IMG/VR virus record: IMGVR_UViG_3300037424_000485
Coordinates: 96,001 to 160,000 of that record
Source of the DNA: a virus
Lineage: Duplodnaviria; Caudoviricetes
Reading direction: 5' to 3' (one strand)
Length of the DNA: 64,000 bases
The notes beneath the pieces were generated by a model, which saw nothing but the letters and a program-made list of their open reading frames with translations, had not been told where the DNA came from and did no database searches. A program made the translations under genes and the position numbers. This document shows positions 26,896-36,064 of this stretch, one piece after another; within the stretch, counting starts at the first letter, position 1; each line of letters opens with the position of its first letter.

Positions 26896-28752
26896 TTATT
26901 TATCATATATCTTAATCTCATTGATGATATTTAATAACTCTTCATTAGGATTATTTAACAGCTTGTTAGCATATCTCTGACCATCAAGAATGGTATGCCT
27001 ACCACATGATGTTATAGCCTCTGCCATGTTAATATTAAAATATCTACTATATGGTACTGCCATAATACCATAGATAGAGTTAATGAGAATCTTAAAAGCC
27101 CATTGTAGATCATATTTTTGTTTTGCTTTATCTAATATTTTCTTCTTAGATTTCCCATCTTTTATAGATAACGATTTTTCGTAAAGAAGTGACATTTTGT
27201 TCTTCTCTTCTTTACGCTTAATAAATACCATTTTCTCTATTGTAGGTATAACACCTCTTTTCCCATTTTTAAACATACTACCACATGGTGCTATAGATAA
27301 CAATTTCTTTTCTATAGATTTATTAAATATATCTAATTTTTGACCATCGATATATTGAACCATCCCATCTTTTAATAAATAAAAAGGTGGAAATTTTTTA
27401 TTCCTTGCATGATCAACTACTATATCATAAAATGGCCTAGTTTCATCGTCTTTATTATGAATCCCTATACCAGCATTATAATCTACTACATGGTTTTCAT
27501 TAAAACCAATAATTCTACCATAATATGTTTCATTTGATATATTTAATATAATAATATGACTTGGGTATGAGCTTGTTATATCAAGATCCACTACCCAAGG
27601 ATGCAGTCCTTTATATGGTTCTTTAACAAAAGCGGCTGGAAACCATTCTTTATCTCCCCCCATCAATCTAGGAGCTGCTAGATTATTTCTACGATAGTAT
27701 ACTAACATAAGACCTTCAACAAGACCAACAGTTGTGTTATACATATCCATAGGGACACGACAAAGAAGTGTGAGTGATTGTATTAACGATAAATAACCGC
27801 ACTTCTTCTCTATATTTTGTATTAGAAGAGCATCGTTTATGTTATATTCACAATACAGCTGCCAATTTTTCATATACAACTCTTGTAGTGTGCCGTATTC
27901 TCCATAGTCTATCTTACCACCAAGATTTTCTACTTCAGCAACATGGTCTAGTTTATTACTTTCAAGGTTGTTTGTGGTATACCATCTATAAACACTCATA
28001 TAATCGAGTAGTGTTACACCAGCAATATTAATATGCTGAACCCCAACTCTATCAACATAAGAATTTACATTATTAATGGGCGATAACTTCTTATAAAGCT
28101 TGGTATCATCCCCAAATAATACTTTGGTGCGATTTATGATATAAGGGAGATCGAAACCCCCTCTGACTTTTGCTTTTCTATCATCACAATAAAACCATCC
28201 GGTTACAACATCACACATATTTGTGTGTTTCCAGTTAAAATATTGTGTCAGTAGGTCATATTCATCTTTACAGTGATGATAAGTGAGATTTTCTATACCT
28301 TTGTCATTAACAAAAGGATGCAGTCCAAATGATTGGATGCCTCTGTTATGAGCTATGGTAATAATTGTGATAGGCCATTTAGCCTCGTCTGGTTTTGGAA
28401 ACTCGTCAGCACTATGAACTTCTATATCTTCAAAATGAATGACAAGATGCGGCACTTCCATATCATCATCAGATATACCGCTATATCTTTCAGATAAAAA
28501 TTGGATAACAGGGTTAACTTCGTTCTCATAACATTGTTTATTTTTATCTATAAAAGACTTATATTGGGCGTAATTACTAAATGATTTCCTTCCTACTGAA
28601 ACTCCATCAATAGTTTTAACATCTTCATCTTCATAGTGTTTTAAAAAAACAAAAGGTGAAAAATCTATACAATCATAGAATCTTTCACCTTTTATCGACT
28701 CCCATAAATGGAGTCTTGACTGTCTGGTATCATAATGTGCATTTGTAAACAT
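26896..28752 (-). CDS. gp43: Family B DNA polymerase N-terminal subunit (gp43A: exonuclease, motifs A and B)
   Basis: EDIEV, FDLPYI.NR, YN..D exonuclease motifs; DLDITSSYPS (A); KILINSIYG (B); ends before motif C. Confidence 0.93.
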   Translation of the reverse strand: MFTNAHYDTRQSRLHLWESIKGERFYDCIDFSPFVFLKHYEDEDVKTIDGVSVGRKSFSNYAQYKSFIDKNKQCYENEVNPVIQFLSERYSGISDDDMEVPHLVIHFEDIEVHSADEFPKPDEAKWPITIITIAHNRGIQSFGLHPFVNDKGIENLTYHHCKDEYDLLTQYFNWKHTNMCDVVTGWFYCDDRKAKVRGGFDLPYIINRTKVLFGDDTKLYKKLSPINNVNSYVDRVGVQHINIAGVTLLDYMSVYRWYTTNNLESNKLDHVAEVENLGGKIDYGEYGTLQELYMKNWQLYCEYNINDALLIQNIEKKCGYLSLIQSLTLLCRVPMDMYNTTVGLVEGLMLVYYRRNNLAAPRLMGGDKEWFPAAFVKEPYKGLHPWVVDLDITSSYPSHIIILNISNETYYGRIIGFNENHVVDYNAGIGIHNKDDETRPFYDIVVDHARNKKFPPFYLLKDGMVQYIDGQKLDIFNKSIEKKLLSIAPCGSMFKNGKRGVIPTIEKMVFIKRKEEKNKMSLLYEKSLSIKDGKSKKKILDKAKQKYDLQWAFKILINSIYGIMAVPYSRYFNINMAEAITSCGRHTILDGQRYANKLLNNPNEELLNIINEIKIYDK

Positions 28753-28867
28753 TTATAACATCTCCTTGTAAAGGGATAGTATAACATTATACATAATAGA
28801 TGTAAATTATCATATCTTAAATAAATCTGATGGTAATATACCTTTTTTACCTAGACTTATAAATCCC

Positions 28868-29107
28868 TTATTTTCTGATCAGTATCAGACCAATAATTTT
28901 ACTATATAGATCTATAATTTCTCTCTGATTTTTGATAATTCTCTCATCCATCTCTGTATTTTGATCTGATATATGATGTGACCATATAATATACAATGCA
29001 AATATACAAAGAAATGAAGCACTATCACCTTTAAGGGCATATGAAACACCTAATAAAAACAGTATGAGGCATGTAATAATATATACCAACCTAATAAAAT
29101 TTTTCAT
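28868..29107 (-). CDS. Small membrane protein
   Basis: Two hydrophobic segments. Confidence 0.5.
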   Translation of the reverse strand: MKNFIRLVYIITCLILFLLGVSYALKGDSASFLCIFALYIIWSHHISDQNTEMDERIIKNQREIIDLYSKIIGLILIRK

Positions 29108-29216
29108 ATTCTTTCCTTTCTTTTTATTGAGTTATCCTTATCAAACCCAGGGTTTTTTACTATTGTTATTGTTTATAAAAGATTGTCGTTTTATTACGAT
29201 ATTAATATTCTTCCTA

Positions 29217-30400
29217 TCAGCCTTTTAAAGCAGCGATTGGTGAAAGTTTGTATACTACTTTCACCAAATCCAGTTGGGATGAAATAACTTTTTCTATATC
29301 CTTATACGCACCAGCGGCCTCATCCAAATCAGCTTGATTTCGGATACCATGAACCACACCGATATCATCAAGACGCTTGATCTCATCCCCAATACCAATC
29401 TACGTTGAGCATCCTTGCGCCCCATTGCACGACCCGCTCCATGGGAGCAAGACATGAATGAATCTGGATTGCCTAAACCCTCGACAATATATGAGTTAGA
29501 CCCCTGAGATCCAGGAATTATACCAACTTCTCCTTTCTTAGCAGAAGTAGCCCCTTTTCGATGAACCCATACATTCTTACCAAAGTGATTTTCCGATATG
29601 CAAAAGTTGTGATGGATGTTGATCATCTCGTTAGGGAAAGATACATATTCCCCTTCATACTTATCAACACAATTGTTAACAACTTCCATGACACGGAACA
29701 TCATCTTCTTACGAGATAAGAAAGCAAATTCAGTACAATAATTCATATCAGTAATATAATCACGTCCCTCATCCGTATCCCCTGGCAGCCAAGCCAGATC
29801 TTTAGGAGCACCAGTATGCCATTTATCATTAAATTTTTGAGCTAAATTATTGTAATGCTTGGCAACTTTACCACCCAAGTTACGAGATCCAGAATGTACC
29901 ATGATCCATAAAAACCCATCTTTATCACGCTGTAACTCGATAAAATGGTTGCCACCTCCCAGAGAAGAAAGCTGATATCTTGCTGACTCATATTCAACAG
30001 CTACAGGGTAATTAAAATCTAAATCAGGCATGTCCATATCTTCTACAGGTTCTTTATTATTCCAACCTAGACCCATAGGAACAACTTGACGAACAGCGTT
30101 CATAATGGATTTTAAGATGTCTTTGGAAATAGGGCCTGAATATTCTGATTTAACAGCACACATACCACAGCCAATATCCATACCCACTGCATTAGGAATT
30201 ATCACATCCTCACATGCTATAACACCACCAATCGGCATACCATATCCCATGTGAGTATCCGGCATTAATGCTATATGGCGGTGCATAAATGGAAGGTTTG
30301 CTAAAACAGTCGCTTGGTCTATTGCTCCTTGCTCTGGCTCATTACACCAAGATTTTATAGGCACTCTATTTCCGGTTATTACTCGCATTTTATTTACCAT
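29217..30400 (-). CDS. rtcB: RtcB RNA ligase; a 1-nt frameshift at the G run 29387-29390 separates the C-terminal DEA.GAYK motif
   Basis: MPDTH.GYG.PIG, VG.DIGCG, GGGNHFIE, HSGSR, HRKGAT, SHGAGR; the shifted frame continues DEIKRLDDIGVVHGIRNQADLDEAAGAYKDIEKV...PIAALKG. Confidence 0.9.
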
Positions 30401-30451
30401 CCTTATAATTTATGATTTAATTTAAGATATATATCCATTTTTAATTCTTCT

Positions 30452-30733
30452 TTACATCTTAAATAAGTTCTCAGGCAGTATTGAAAAACAAAGATCTTTT
30501 CTTCCTTCAACACCATAATTTGCTTCAGCATGGTGTAGTCTATCCCATCCACAATATCCCTCCTCATAGGTATAATACAATGCAGCTGGTTGAAAATTCT
30601 GTATAGTATCCCATAATAATGAACATTCACGTCTATTTGTGGTATTTTCTATAAAAAACCTTTTAATTTCATTAAAACCATCTTCACTATAAACGGTTGT
30701 ATAGTTTTTCATGGTATATGTCTTTGCTAACAT
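30452..30733 (-). CDS. Hypothetical protein with C-terminal ILPENLFKM motif
   Basis: Co-oriented ORF. Confidence 0.55.
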   Translation of the reverse strand: MLAKTYTMKNYTTVYSEDGFNEIKRFFIENTTNRRECSLLWDTIQNFQPAALYYTYEEGYCGWDRLHHAEANYGVEGRKDLCFSILPENLFKM

Positions 30734-30804
30734 GGTAGATGTCTTTGTTAATGTTTAATTGATATATACAACATACTACTTTTACAGGATATGTCAAGAA
30801 AATA

Positions 30805-31521
30805 TTATATTAACTTTACAAACCAATTAGTTAGATTGCATCTGTTTAATAATGTCCAATGACATCCTTTATTAAATCCAGTAGTGAAGGAATGGAAATG
30901 ACCTAAAACCCACAATTTAGGGTGGTGATGCTCCAAAATCCATTCAAGATATCCATTAGCAGAATCATTTTTCTTATCCCACATACCAACAGGATTTTTA
31001 GCCCATATACCACCAATAAAGCTTTCAGGGCATGTATGACTGATAACTATATCAATATCGCCTATCTCATCAAGAGAATCGAGATCATGTGGTCTTATAT
31101 CTTCACCTGAGAACCAGTCATATCCAGGCGTTCTCCATTTCTTATCAATAGAGGATGCCCCGCCAAAGAACATCATTTTACGACCATCTTCAAGGGTTAT
31201 TACTGTACCTCTAGGACAATAGAAAATGTTAGGAGCTACTTCAATAGGGCTATTGCTTTTAATGGCATCTGGATGTTCATTTCTAATACGCTCAAGATCG
31301 TCATGATTTTCATGATTTCCATCACACCAAAATATTTTTGTCTTACCATTCTTAATGATATCTATTTCAAAGCCTTTATGTCCAGGCCACCAACCAAAAT
31401 CACCTGTTTGATATATAGCATAAGGTTTCTTTTTGTTAATAAATTCATTCAACTTACCCCATTCACCATGAACATCACCAAGTATGTAGGAGTTACTATA
31501 TGGTATTATTTTTGTATTCAT
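30805..31521 (-). CDS. Calcineurin-like metallophosphoesterase (start at ATG 31521)
   Basis: GDVHG, GDFG, DGNHEN, SHTCP, GHFH motifs. Confidence 0.88.
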   Translation of the reverse strand: MNTKIIPYSNSYILGDVHGEWGKLNEFINKKKPYAIYQTGDFGWWPGHKGFEIDIIKNGKTKIFWCDGNHENHDDLERIRNEHPDAIKSNSPIEVAPNIFYCPRGTVITLEDGRKMMFFGGASSIDKKWRTPGYDWFSGEDIRPHDLDSLDEIGDIDIVISHTCPESFIGGIWAKNPVGMWDKKNDSANGYLEWILEHHHPKLWVLGHFHSFTTGFNKGCHWTLLNRCNLTNWFVKLI

Positions 31522-31604
31522 ATTATTTCCGTATTTTAAATTATCTTCGTATTTTTCATGATTGTCTATATAAATAAACATGAAAAATACGAAGGACATC
31601 AGAC

Positions 31605-32327
31605 ATGAATTATAGAAAACATTATAACAGACTGATATTAAAAAGTCAAGTACGAACATTAGACACTTGCAAATATACAGAAAAACACCACATTATACCT
31701 AAATGTATTGGTGGATCTGACGAATGTACAAACATAACAGTGCTTTTACCAGAAGAACATATTGTTGCACATATGTTACTATCGAAGATATATCCAAAAA
31801 ACAAAAAACTAATATATGCTGTGTTTTGTATGATCAGCGGTTTTAATAGATGTGCCGTAAAAGTAAAAAATAATAAACAATATAAACACATTAAAGAAAG
31901 ATATGCTAAAATTAATGGTGAAAGAATGAGAAAAATATTCAAAAAACATAACCCTTTTTTGAATATGAGCACAGAAAAAAGAAAAAACAGGAGTGTAAAA
32001 TCATCAGAAACCACTAAACTGTTAGGAATGAAATCAGGCAAAAACCATCATTATTATGGAAAATGTCGCACTGAAGGAGATAGAAGAAAGATAGCAGAAA
32101 ACCATGCTGATGTGTCAGGAAAAAACAACCCTAGATCAAAAAGCTGGTCTATAATATCACCTGTTGGTGATATTATTGGTATTGAAGGGACTTTAAAATA
32201 TTTTTGTGAAGAACATAATATAAGTTTAAGTATCCTAAAAAGAAACAGAGGACATATTATCAAAACTACCCGATACAATACAGAAATATGTAAAAATACT
32301 ATAGGGTGGAAACTTATTGAAATTTAA
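31605..32327 (+). CDS. HNH homing endonuclease with NUMOD-like C-terminal repeats
   Basis: Y.KHY..LI, EKHHIIPKCIGG, L.PEEH..AH.LL; NHHYYGK, GKNNP; TATAAATA at 31569-31576. Confidence 0.85.
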   Translation: MNYRKHYNRLILKSQVRTLDTCKYTEKHHIIPKCIGGSDECTNITVLLPEEHIVAHMLLSKIYPKNKKLIYAVFCMISGFNRCAVKVKNNKQYKHIKERYAKINGERMRKIFKKHNPFLNMSTEKRKNRSVKSSETTKLLGMKSGKNHHYYGKCRTEGDRRKIAENHADVSGKNNPRSKSWSIISPVGDIIGIEGTLKYFCEEHNISLSILKRNRGHIIKTTRYNTEICKNTIGWKLIEI

Positions 32328-32344
32328 AATTGATTCAATATTAC

Positions 32345-32407
32345 TCATTCTCCATGAGTATCACCAATCACATAGTCTTGTGTATATGGGGTTGTTTTTT
32401 CTTTCAT
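32345..32407 (-). pseudogene. Stranded 20-aa N-terminal fragment of the metallophosphoesterase
   Basis: MKEKTTPYTQDYVIGDTHGE-stop parallels MNTKIIPYSNSYILGDVHGEW. Confidence 0.7.
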
Positions 32408-32451
32408 ATTGTTATAATACCTTTCGTTGTAATTATTTTTGTATATATAGC

Positions 32452-32802
32452 TTACATCCTAAATAAACTATCTGGTATTGTGGATACATATTCAAGTTCA
32501 GTATTATAATACAACCACCCATGGAATCCAACCAATTCCTCATGTAGTAGTGGATCTCCAATATACACACGACAATACATATCACTAAGTGCTGACCCGA
32601 TGGCTGTTACAGTTCCTATTTTACCAATAGCGTGATTCTCCATATGAACATTCCAATAAGAGCTATGAAAGCCATGATCGGCATGAGGAACATGAGAAAC
32701 TATCCTAACTTTATCACCAGTTTTAAAACGTCCCATATAGTATCTCCAATTTACTTTTTTAGGCTGATCCTTTCGGTATAAACATGACTTATTATACACC
32801 AT
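32452..32802 (-). CDS. SH3-like small protein with C-terminal IPDSLFRM motif; the true start is probably MGRFKTGDKV
   Basis: FKTGDKVRI...GKIGTV, like 23044..23304. Confidence 0.55.
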   Translation of the reverse strand: MVYNKSCLYRKDQPKKVNWRYYMGRFKTGDKVRIVSHVPHADHGFHSSYWNVHMENHAIGKIGTVTAIGSALSDMYCRVYIGDPLLHEELVGFHGWLYYNTELEYVSTIPDSLFRM

Positions 32803-32817
32803 CTATATTATAAGTCA

Positions 32818-32858
32818 ATAAAAAACCCCTATCTCATAAAGAAATAGGGGTTTTTTAT
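32818..32858. terminator. Bidirectional-type terminator
   Basis: ATAAAAAACCCCTAT...ATAGGGGTTTTTTAT. Confidence 0.75.
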
Positions 32859-32859
32859 T

Positions 32860-33142
32860 AGATAAATGTTTTCTGTGTTAGGGGTAAGATAACCCTATCG
32901 TAGATTCATAACAACCATCTAAGCTTGTATACTATGGATATTATGCCCTCCACACATTGGAGGGCGCGGGATCATCACTGCCCATTCCACCCATCATCTT
33001 TTATATGGTCGAGGATAGACACACTACCGTCTGGATTCTTCAAGGCTACAGATCCTGTCTGTATATCATATACAACACCCTACACTTTTCGGCACAACTT
33101 ATTCATCATGCTATTCATACTATTACCAACTTCTACATTCAT
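32860..33142 (-). pseudogene. Decayed phage gene with in-frame stops
   Basis: GGAG RBS; MMNKLCRKV-stop-GVVYDIQTGSVALKNPDG continues in frame; more stops follow. Confidence 0.4.
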
Positions 33143-33227
33143 TTTAAATCTCCTCTACATTTTTGATTAATAAAAACACATATTGTTTATACGTGTATGG
33201 TGTTATATTTTACTCTTTGTAAACAAC

Positions 33228-33494
33228 TCATTTATTAAGATCGGAGAGTTGATATTCTCCACTAGCAATCTTAGCGGCAGTTTCTTTCTTATTCTCACCA
33301 AGAAAGTAATTGCGATACTTGCCAGTGGTGACAGAATATCCCCAATATCTCTCATCAAGGGTAATAAGGCCCATATGACGCTTTGCAATGATGCTTTCAT
33401 AGCTCTGGAAATACTCAGCACCATCATCATCAATAATGATAAACTGGTTGGGTATTTTATTTCCCCTATTGCTAGTCATGTTGGTTACTTTCAT
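33228..33494 (-). CDS. Conserved-looking small phage protein
   Basis: NQF.I......FQSY.S.IA....YS.TTGKYRN.FL pattern; AGGAGG RBS. Confidence 0.7.
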   Translation of the reverse strand: MKVTNMTSNRGNKIPNQFIIIDDDGAEYFQSYESIIAKRHMGLITLDERYWGYSVTTGKYRNYFLGENKKETAAKIASGEYQLSDLNK

Positions 33495-33559
33495 TTTGAT
33501 ACCTCCTTTTAAAATAATGATTAATATAGCAGTATGTATATATTATATTGACCAGTATG

Positions 33560-34063
33560 TCAAGGATTATTTCGCATCCCTTGGATGATTTTACTTACAA
33601 CTTGACCATCAACGGCCTTACCAAAATGTTTAGTAACCATACCAACAGCTTGCATCTTGTTTTTCAGAGCACCAAAATCAATATTATCTTTAATGAACTT
33701 GATAACATCTTCTTCAGATACTTTTTCAGGTAAAAGACCATCAAGAATATTAACATATTCAGATGTTGAAGGATCTTCCCCTTTAGCAGTTAGCAATTCA
33801 ATCTCAGATTTCATTAATTTCTCAATAATACTAAGCATTTGAATGTCAGTTGGATGTTCATTTGCTTTGAGATTCAAGCGAGGAATTTCACCAAGGATCA
33901 TTCTTAACGTATCTTTCATAACAACATCTTTTTCTTTCATAGCATTTGTAAGAGATGTTCTTAGCTTCACTTCTAGCTTATTCATTTTTAAATCCTTTTT
34001 ATCATTGTTATGTCTTATCATATCTAAGGGTATAACCCCTTCGTTAATTCTAAAATATATCAA
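33560..34063 (-). CDS. GatB/YqeY-domain protein
   Basis: AMKEKD....LRM.LGEI, E..IL..LLPE.VSEE, MG.VTKHFG..VDG..VS. Confidence 0.85.
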   Translation of the reverse strand: MIYFRINEGVIPLDMIRHNNDKKDLKMNKLEVKLRTSLTNAMKEKDVVMKDTLRMILGEIPRLNLKANEHPTDIQMLSIIEKLMKSEIELLTAKGEDPSTSEYVNILDGLLPEKVSEEDVIKFIKDNIDFGALKNKMQAVGMVTKHFGKAVDGQVVSKIIQGMRNNP

Positions 34064-34086
34064 TGATTATTTTTGTAATTAAAATT

Positions 34087-34161
34087 TGGTATCCCTACCA
34101 AGAATCGAACTTGGATCACAGCCTTATAAGGACTACGCACTAACCGTTGTGCTATAGGGAT
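34087..34161 (-). tRNA. tRNA-Ile(UAU)
   Basis: Cloverleaf, loop CT-TAT-AA, T arm CCAAG-TTCGATT-CTTGG, encoded CCA. Confidence 0.85.
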
Positions 34162-34225
34162 ATTAAGTTGAATGGATCATATATGACCCTTAACACTATG
34201 TTAGTGGTTTTTATATGAACTAAAA

Positions 34226-34304
34226 TGGTAGGGGCAAAGGGGGTCGAACCCTCACTGGATGGATTTTAAATCCACTATCTCTGCCACAATTGGATTATAC
34301 CCCC
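34226..34304 (-). tRNA. tRNA-Leu(UAA) with short variable region
   Basis: GTGGA-TTTAAAA-TCCAT anticodon arm, GAGGG-TTCGACC-CCCTT T arm, CCA. Confidence 0.75.
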
Positions 34305-34312
34305 ATATTATT

Positions 34313-34606
34313 TTACAGCTTTGAAGCTGTCTTTAATGTGCGTGTCCTAAAAAACCCATCAAATTCAGGTACTTCCAATACAAGCAATCTAGCATATCTA
34401 CTAGTGTAGTTATTATTCAATTTAAAACCATCTTCACTAATAGTTTCAAAACTAATATGCCATCTAACCCTTTCAAATATTGCCTTTGCAGAGTATGTAT
34501 CAAAACCTCTTCTTTTTACTTCTTCTGCAAATCGTTTGAATGCTTTAAAAACAATAGGATTGTTTTTATGATATTCCCAAAATTTAGCATCAATCACATC
34601 CGACAT
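34313..34606 (-). CDS. Conserved-looking small protein
   Basis: F..YH..NP.V...F, YSAKAIFERVRWH, FKLNNN....YARL pattern. Confidence 0.7.
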   Translation of the reverse strand: MSDVIDAKFWEYHKNNPIVFKAFKRFAEEVKRRGFDTYSAKAIFERVRWHISFETISEDGFKLNNNYTSRYARLLVLEVPEFDGFFRTRTLKTASKL

Positions 34607-34632
34607 ATTTTCCTCATCTGTTATTGTTTTAA

Positions 34633-34707
34633 TGGTGCGCCTACTAGGAATCGAACCTAGATAGTCTATTTAGAAGACAGATGCACTATCCATTGTACTA
34701 TAGACGC
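34633..34707 (-). tRNA. tRNA-Arg(UCU)
   Basis: Cloverleaf, CT-TCT-AA, CTAGG-TTCGATT-CCTAG, CCA. Confidence 0.9.
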
Positions 34708-34716
34708 ATATAATTT

Positions 34717-34795
34717 TGAGCACCAGAAGGTAATCGAAACTTCGTATTCTGTATGTAAAACAGACATTCTTCCATTGAACTAAGGGAGCATATAC
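34717..34795 (-). pseudogene. Degenerate tRNA-Val(UAC)
   Basis: Intact anticodon arm TCTGT-TTTACAT-ACAGA; acceptor stem and T arm mismatched; no CCA. Confidence 0.5.
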
Positions 34796-34994
34796 TACTT
34801 ATCTGTTTTGGATTTGAACCAAAACCCCCACGTTGCGGATTTACGCTTACCATAATTAAGTCAGAATCGAACTGACAACTACCCAAGACATGGTGTACTA
34901 ACCAATTATACGACCAGAATATTTATTTTATTATACCTCTTATAAAACAGCCAGTATACCAAAAGCTAAGAACCATAATACCCCAACTTTCTGT

Positions 34995-35112
34995 TTGAGA
35001 GGATGCTAGGATATCCTCAAAGCCCATCGGGTTACGGCAAATGACACCGGGAGACTTCAGTTCTGTCTTGATTAAAGTGAGTGAACTAAGCGTTTCCTAC
35101 AATGCTCACTAT
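34995..35112 (-). ncRNA. Candidate pseudoknotted structured RNA
   Basis: GTGAG/CTCAC, AGCATT/AACGCT, AGAC/GTCT, TTAGTTC/GAACTGA loop pairing, TTTGAGGAT/ATCC-TC-TCAAA. Confidence 0.4.
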
Positions 35113-35116
35113 ATTT

Positions 35117-35192
35117 TGGAAGCGGGTATCGGAACTGCCCCGATCTTATACTTGGTTATGAGCCAAGGAAGACACTATGCCTACCACCCGCA
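35117..35192 (-). tRNA. tRNA-Met(CAU), initiator-like, atypical T loop
   Basis: CTTGG-CTCATAA-CCAAG; TGCGGGT/ACCCGCT with 1:72 mismatch; CCA. Confidence 0.7.
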
Positions 35193-35445
35193 ATACCTTC
35201 TTATTTATCTACAATATCTTCAAGAGGTTTGTAACATTCATAACATACCATAACTACCTTGGATGCGTCAAGCTGCTTTTGAATATCTTTTTCTTCATCA
35301 GAAGACATACTAAGATCGATATCTTTACCACATGAATAGCACTTCATTTTACACACCCCATAGATTCATCATTGCCAACAGTTCAAAATGAACCATCTAC
35401 CCTAATTAAAATATATATTAATCCTTTCATATCATGATATTAAAA

Positions 35446-35524
35446 TGGAGCGGATAGGAGGTAACGATCCCCTTGTGTATGGTTGGAAACCACATGTCCC
35501 ACCTAGGAACTCAACTCTATCCGC
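35446..35524 (-). tRNA. tRNA-Gly(UCC), atypical T loop
   Basis: GCGGATA/TATCCGC acceptor, TT-TCC-AA, CCA. Confidence 0.75.
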
Positions 35525-35527
35525 GCA

Positions 35528-35758
35528 TTATTCATCTACAGTAAAAAACTCACAGCAAGGATATTTTCTCCCCTGCTCATCAAATGGTTCTGTTCCGTCT
35601 TCTTCTTGATTACAGGAACAACCCCTTGGCACACAATAATCACAATAGTAATCATTATGTTGTATACCGCCATAACTTGGCATATATAACCAAGTTCCTT
35701 TATTACCACAATTACAATACCCTACAAGCTCACCAGTAGCTATTTCCATACCTGCCAT
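35528..35758 (-). CDS. Cys-rich small protein
   Basis: CNCG, YCDYCVPRGCSC, PCCE. Confidence 0.6.
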   Translation of the reverse strand: MAGMEIATGELVGYCNCGNKGTWLYMPSYGGIQHNDYYCDYCVPRGCSCNQEEDGTEPFDEQGRKYPCCEFFTVDE

Positions 35759-35774
35759 ACAATAACCTTATAAG

Positions 35775-35980
35775 ATATTAAAACGCGCCCAACTCATGTT
35801 AATTATACAGTCGGTATGCCTACCAAAGACTGATCCGCTATACATTTAGGGAGCAGGGTACAGCAATGAGCTAGATCAAATTTAAGGGGATTTTCACCCC
35901 CACTCTCTTTACATAGGCTTACAGATGGTTATGCATCCCCATTACTTCCCTATGCCGTGATCTAAGAGTAAGACCATGTT
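35775..35980 (-). ncRNA. Candidate multi-domain structured RNA directly 3' of tRNA-Asp
   Basis: TAGATCA/TGATCTA, CATAGG/CCTATG, GGGG/CCCC, AGCTCAT/ATGAGTT, GCTGTAC/GTATAGC, CAGTC/GACTG, GGTA/TACC helices. Confidence 0.5.
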
Positions 35981-35981
35981 T

Positions 35982-36056
35982 TGGCGACCTAGAAGGGATG
36001 TGCGCCCTCACTGTACACGCTGACAACGTGCTGCACTACTATTATGCTACTAGGCC
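35982..36056 (-). tRNA. tRNA-Asp(GUC), atypical T loop
   Basis: GGCCTAG/CTAGGTC, GCACG-TTGTCAG-CGTGT, G73, CCA. Confidence 0.8.
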
Positions 36057-36064
36057 ATATTCTT

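Noticed and set aside
32860-33142. Amber (TAG) recoding suggested by in-frame TAGs here and in gp43B
   Set aside because: Core genes are intact in code 11, TAG ends real genes (for example gp62 at 10318-10320), no CUA-anticodon tRNA was found, and TAG readthrough in gp43B would not restore the frame.
34698-34886. ORF on the minus strand, and the similar ORFs 35041..35253 and 37133..37363
   Set aside because: They overlap tRNA or tRNA-like genes; the translations are by-products.
34800-34920. Additional tRNA genes (Pro-like, plus an isolated T arm)
   Set aside because: The stems are too degenerate to call; at most remnants.
35045-35110. Pistol ribozyme on the plus strand (hairpin, TTAAA, GAACTAAGCG)
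   Set aside because: The linker with the catalytic AA, P3 and the GU cleavage site do not fit, and the neighbouring genes are on the minus strand; kept only as a generic structured-RNA candidate.
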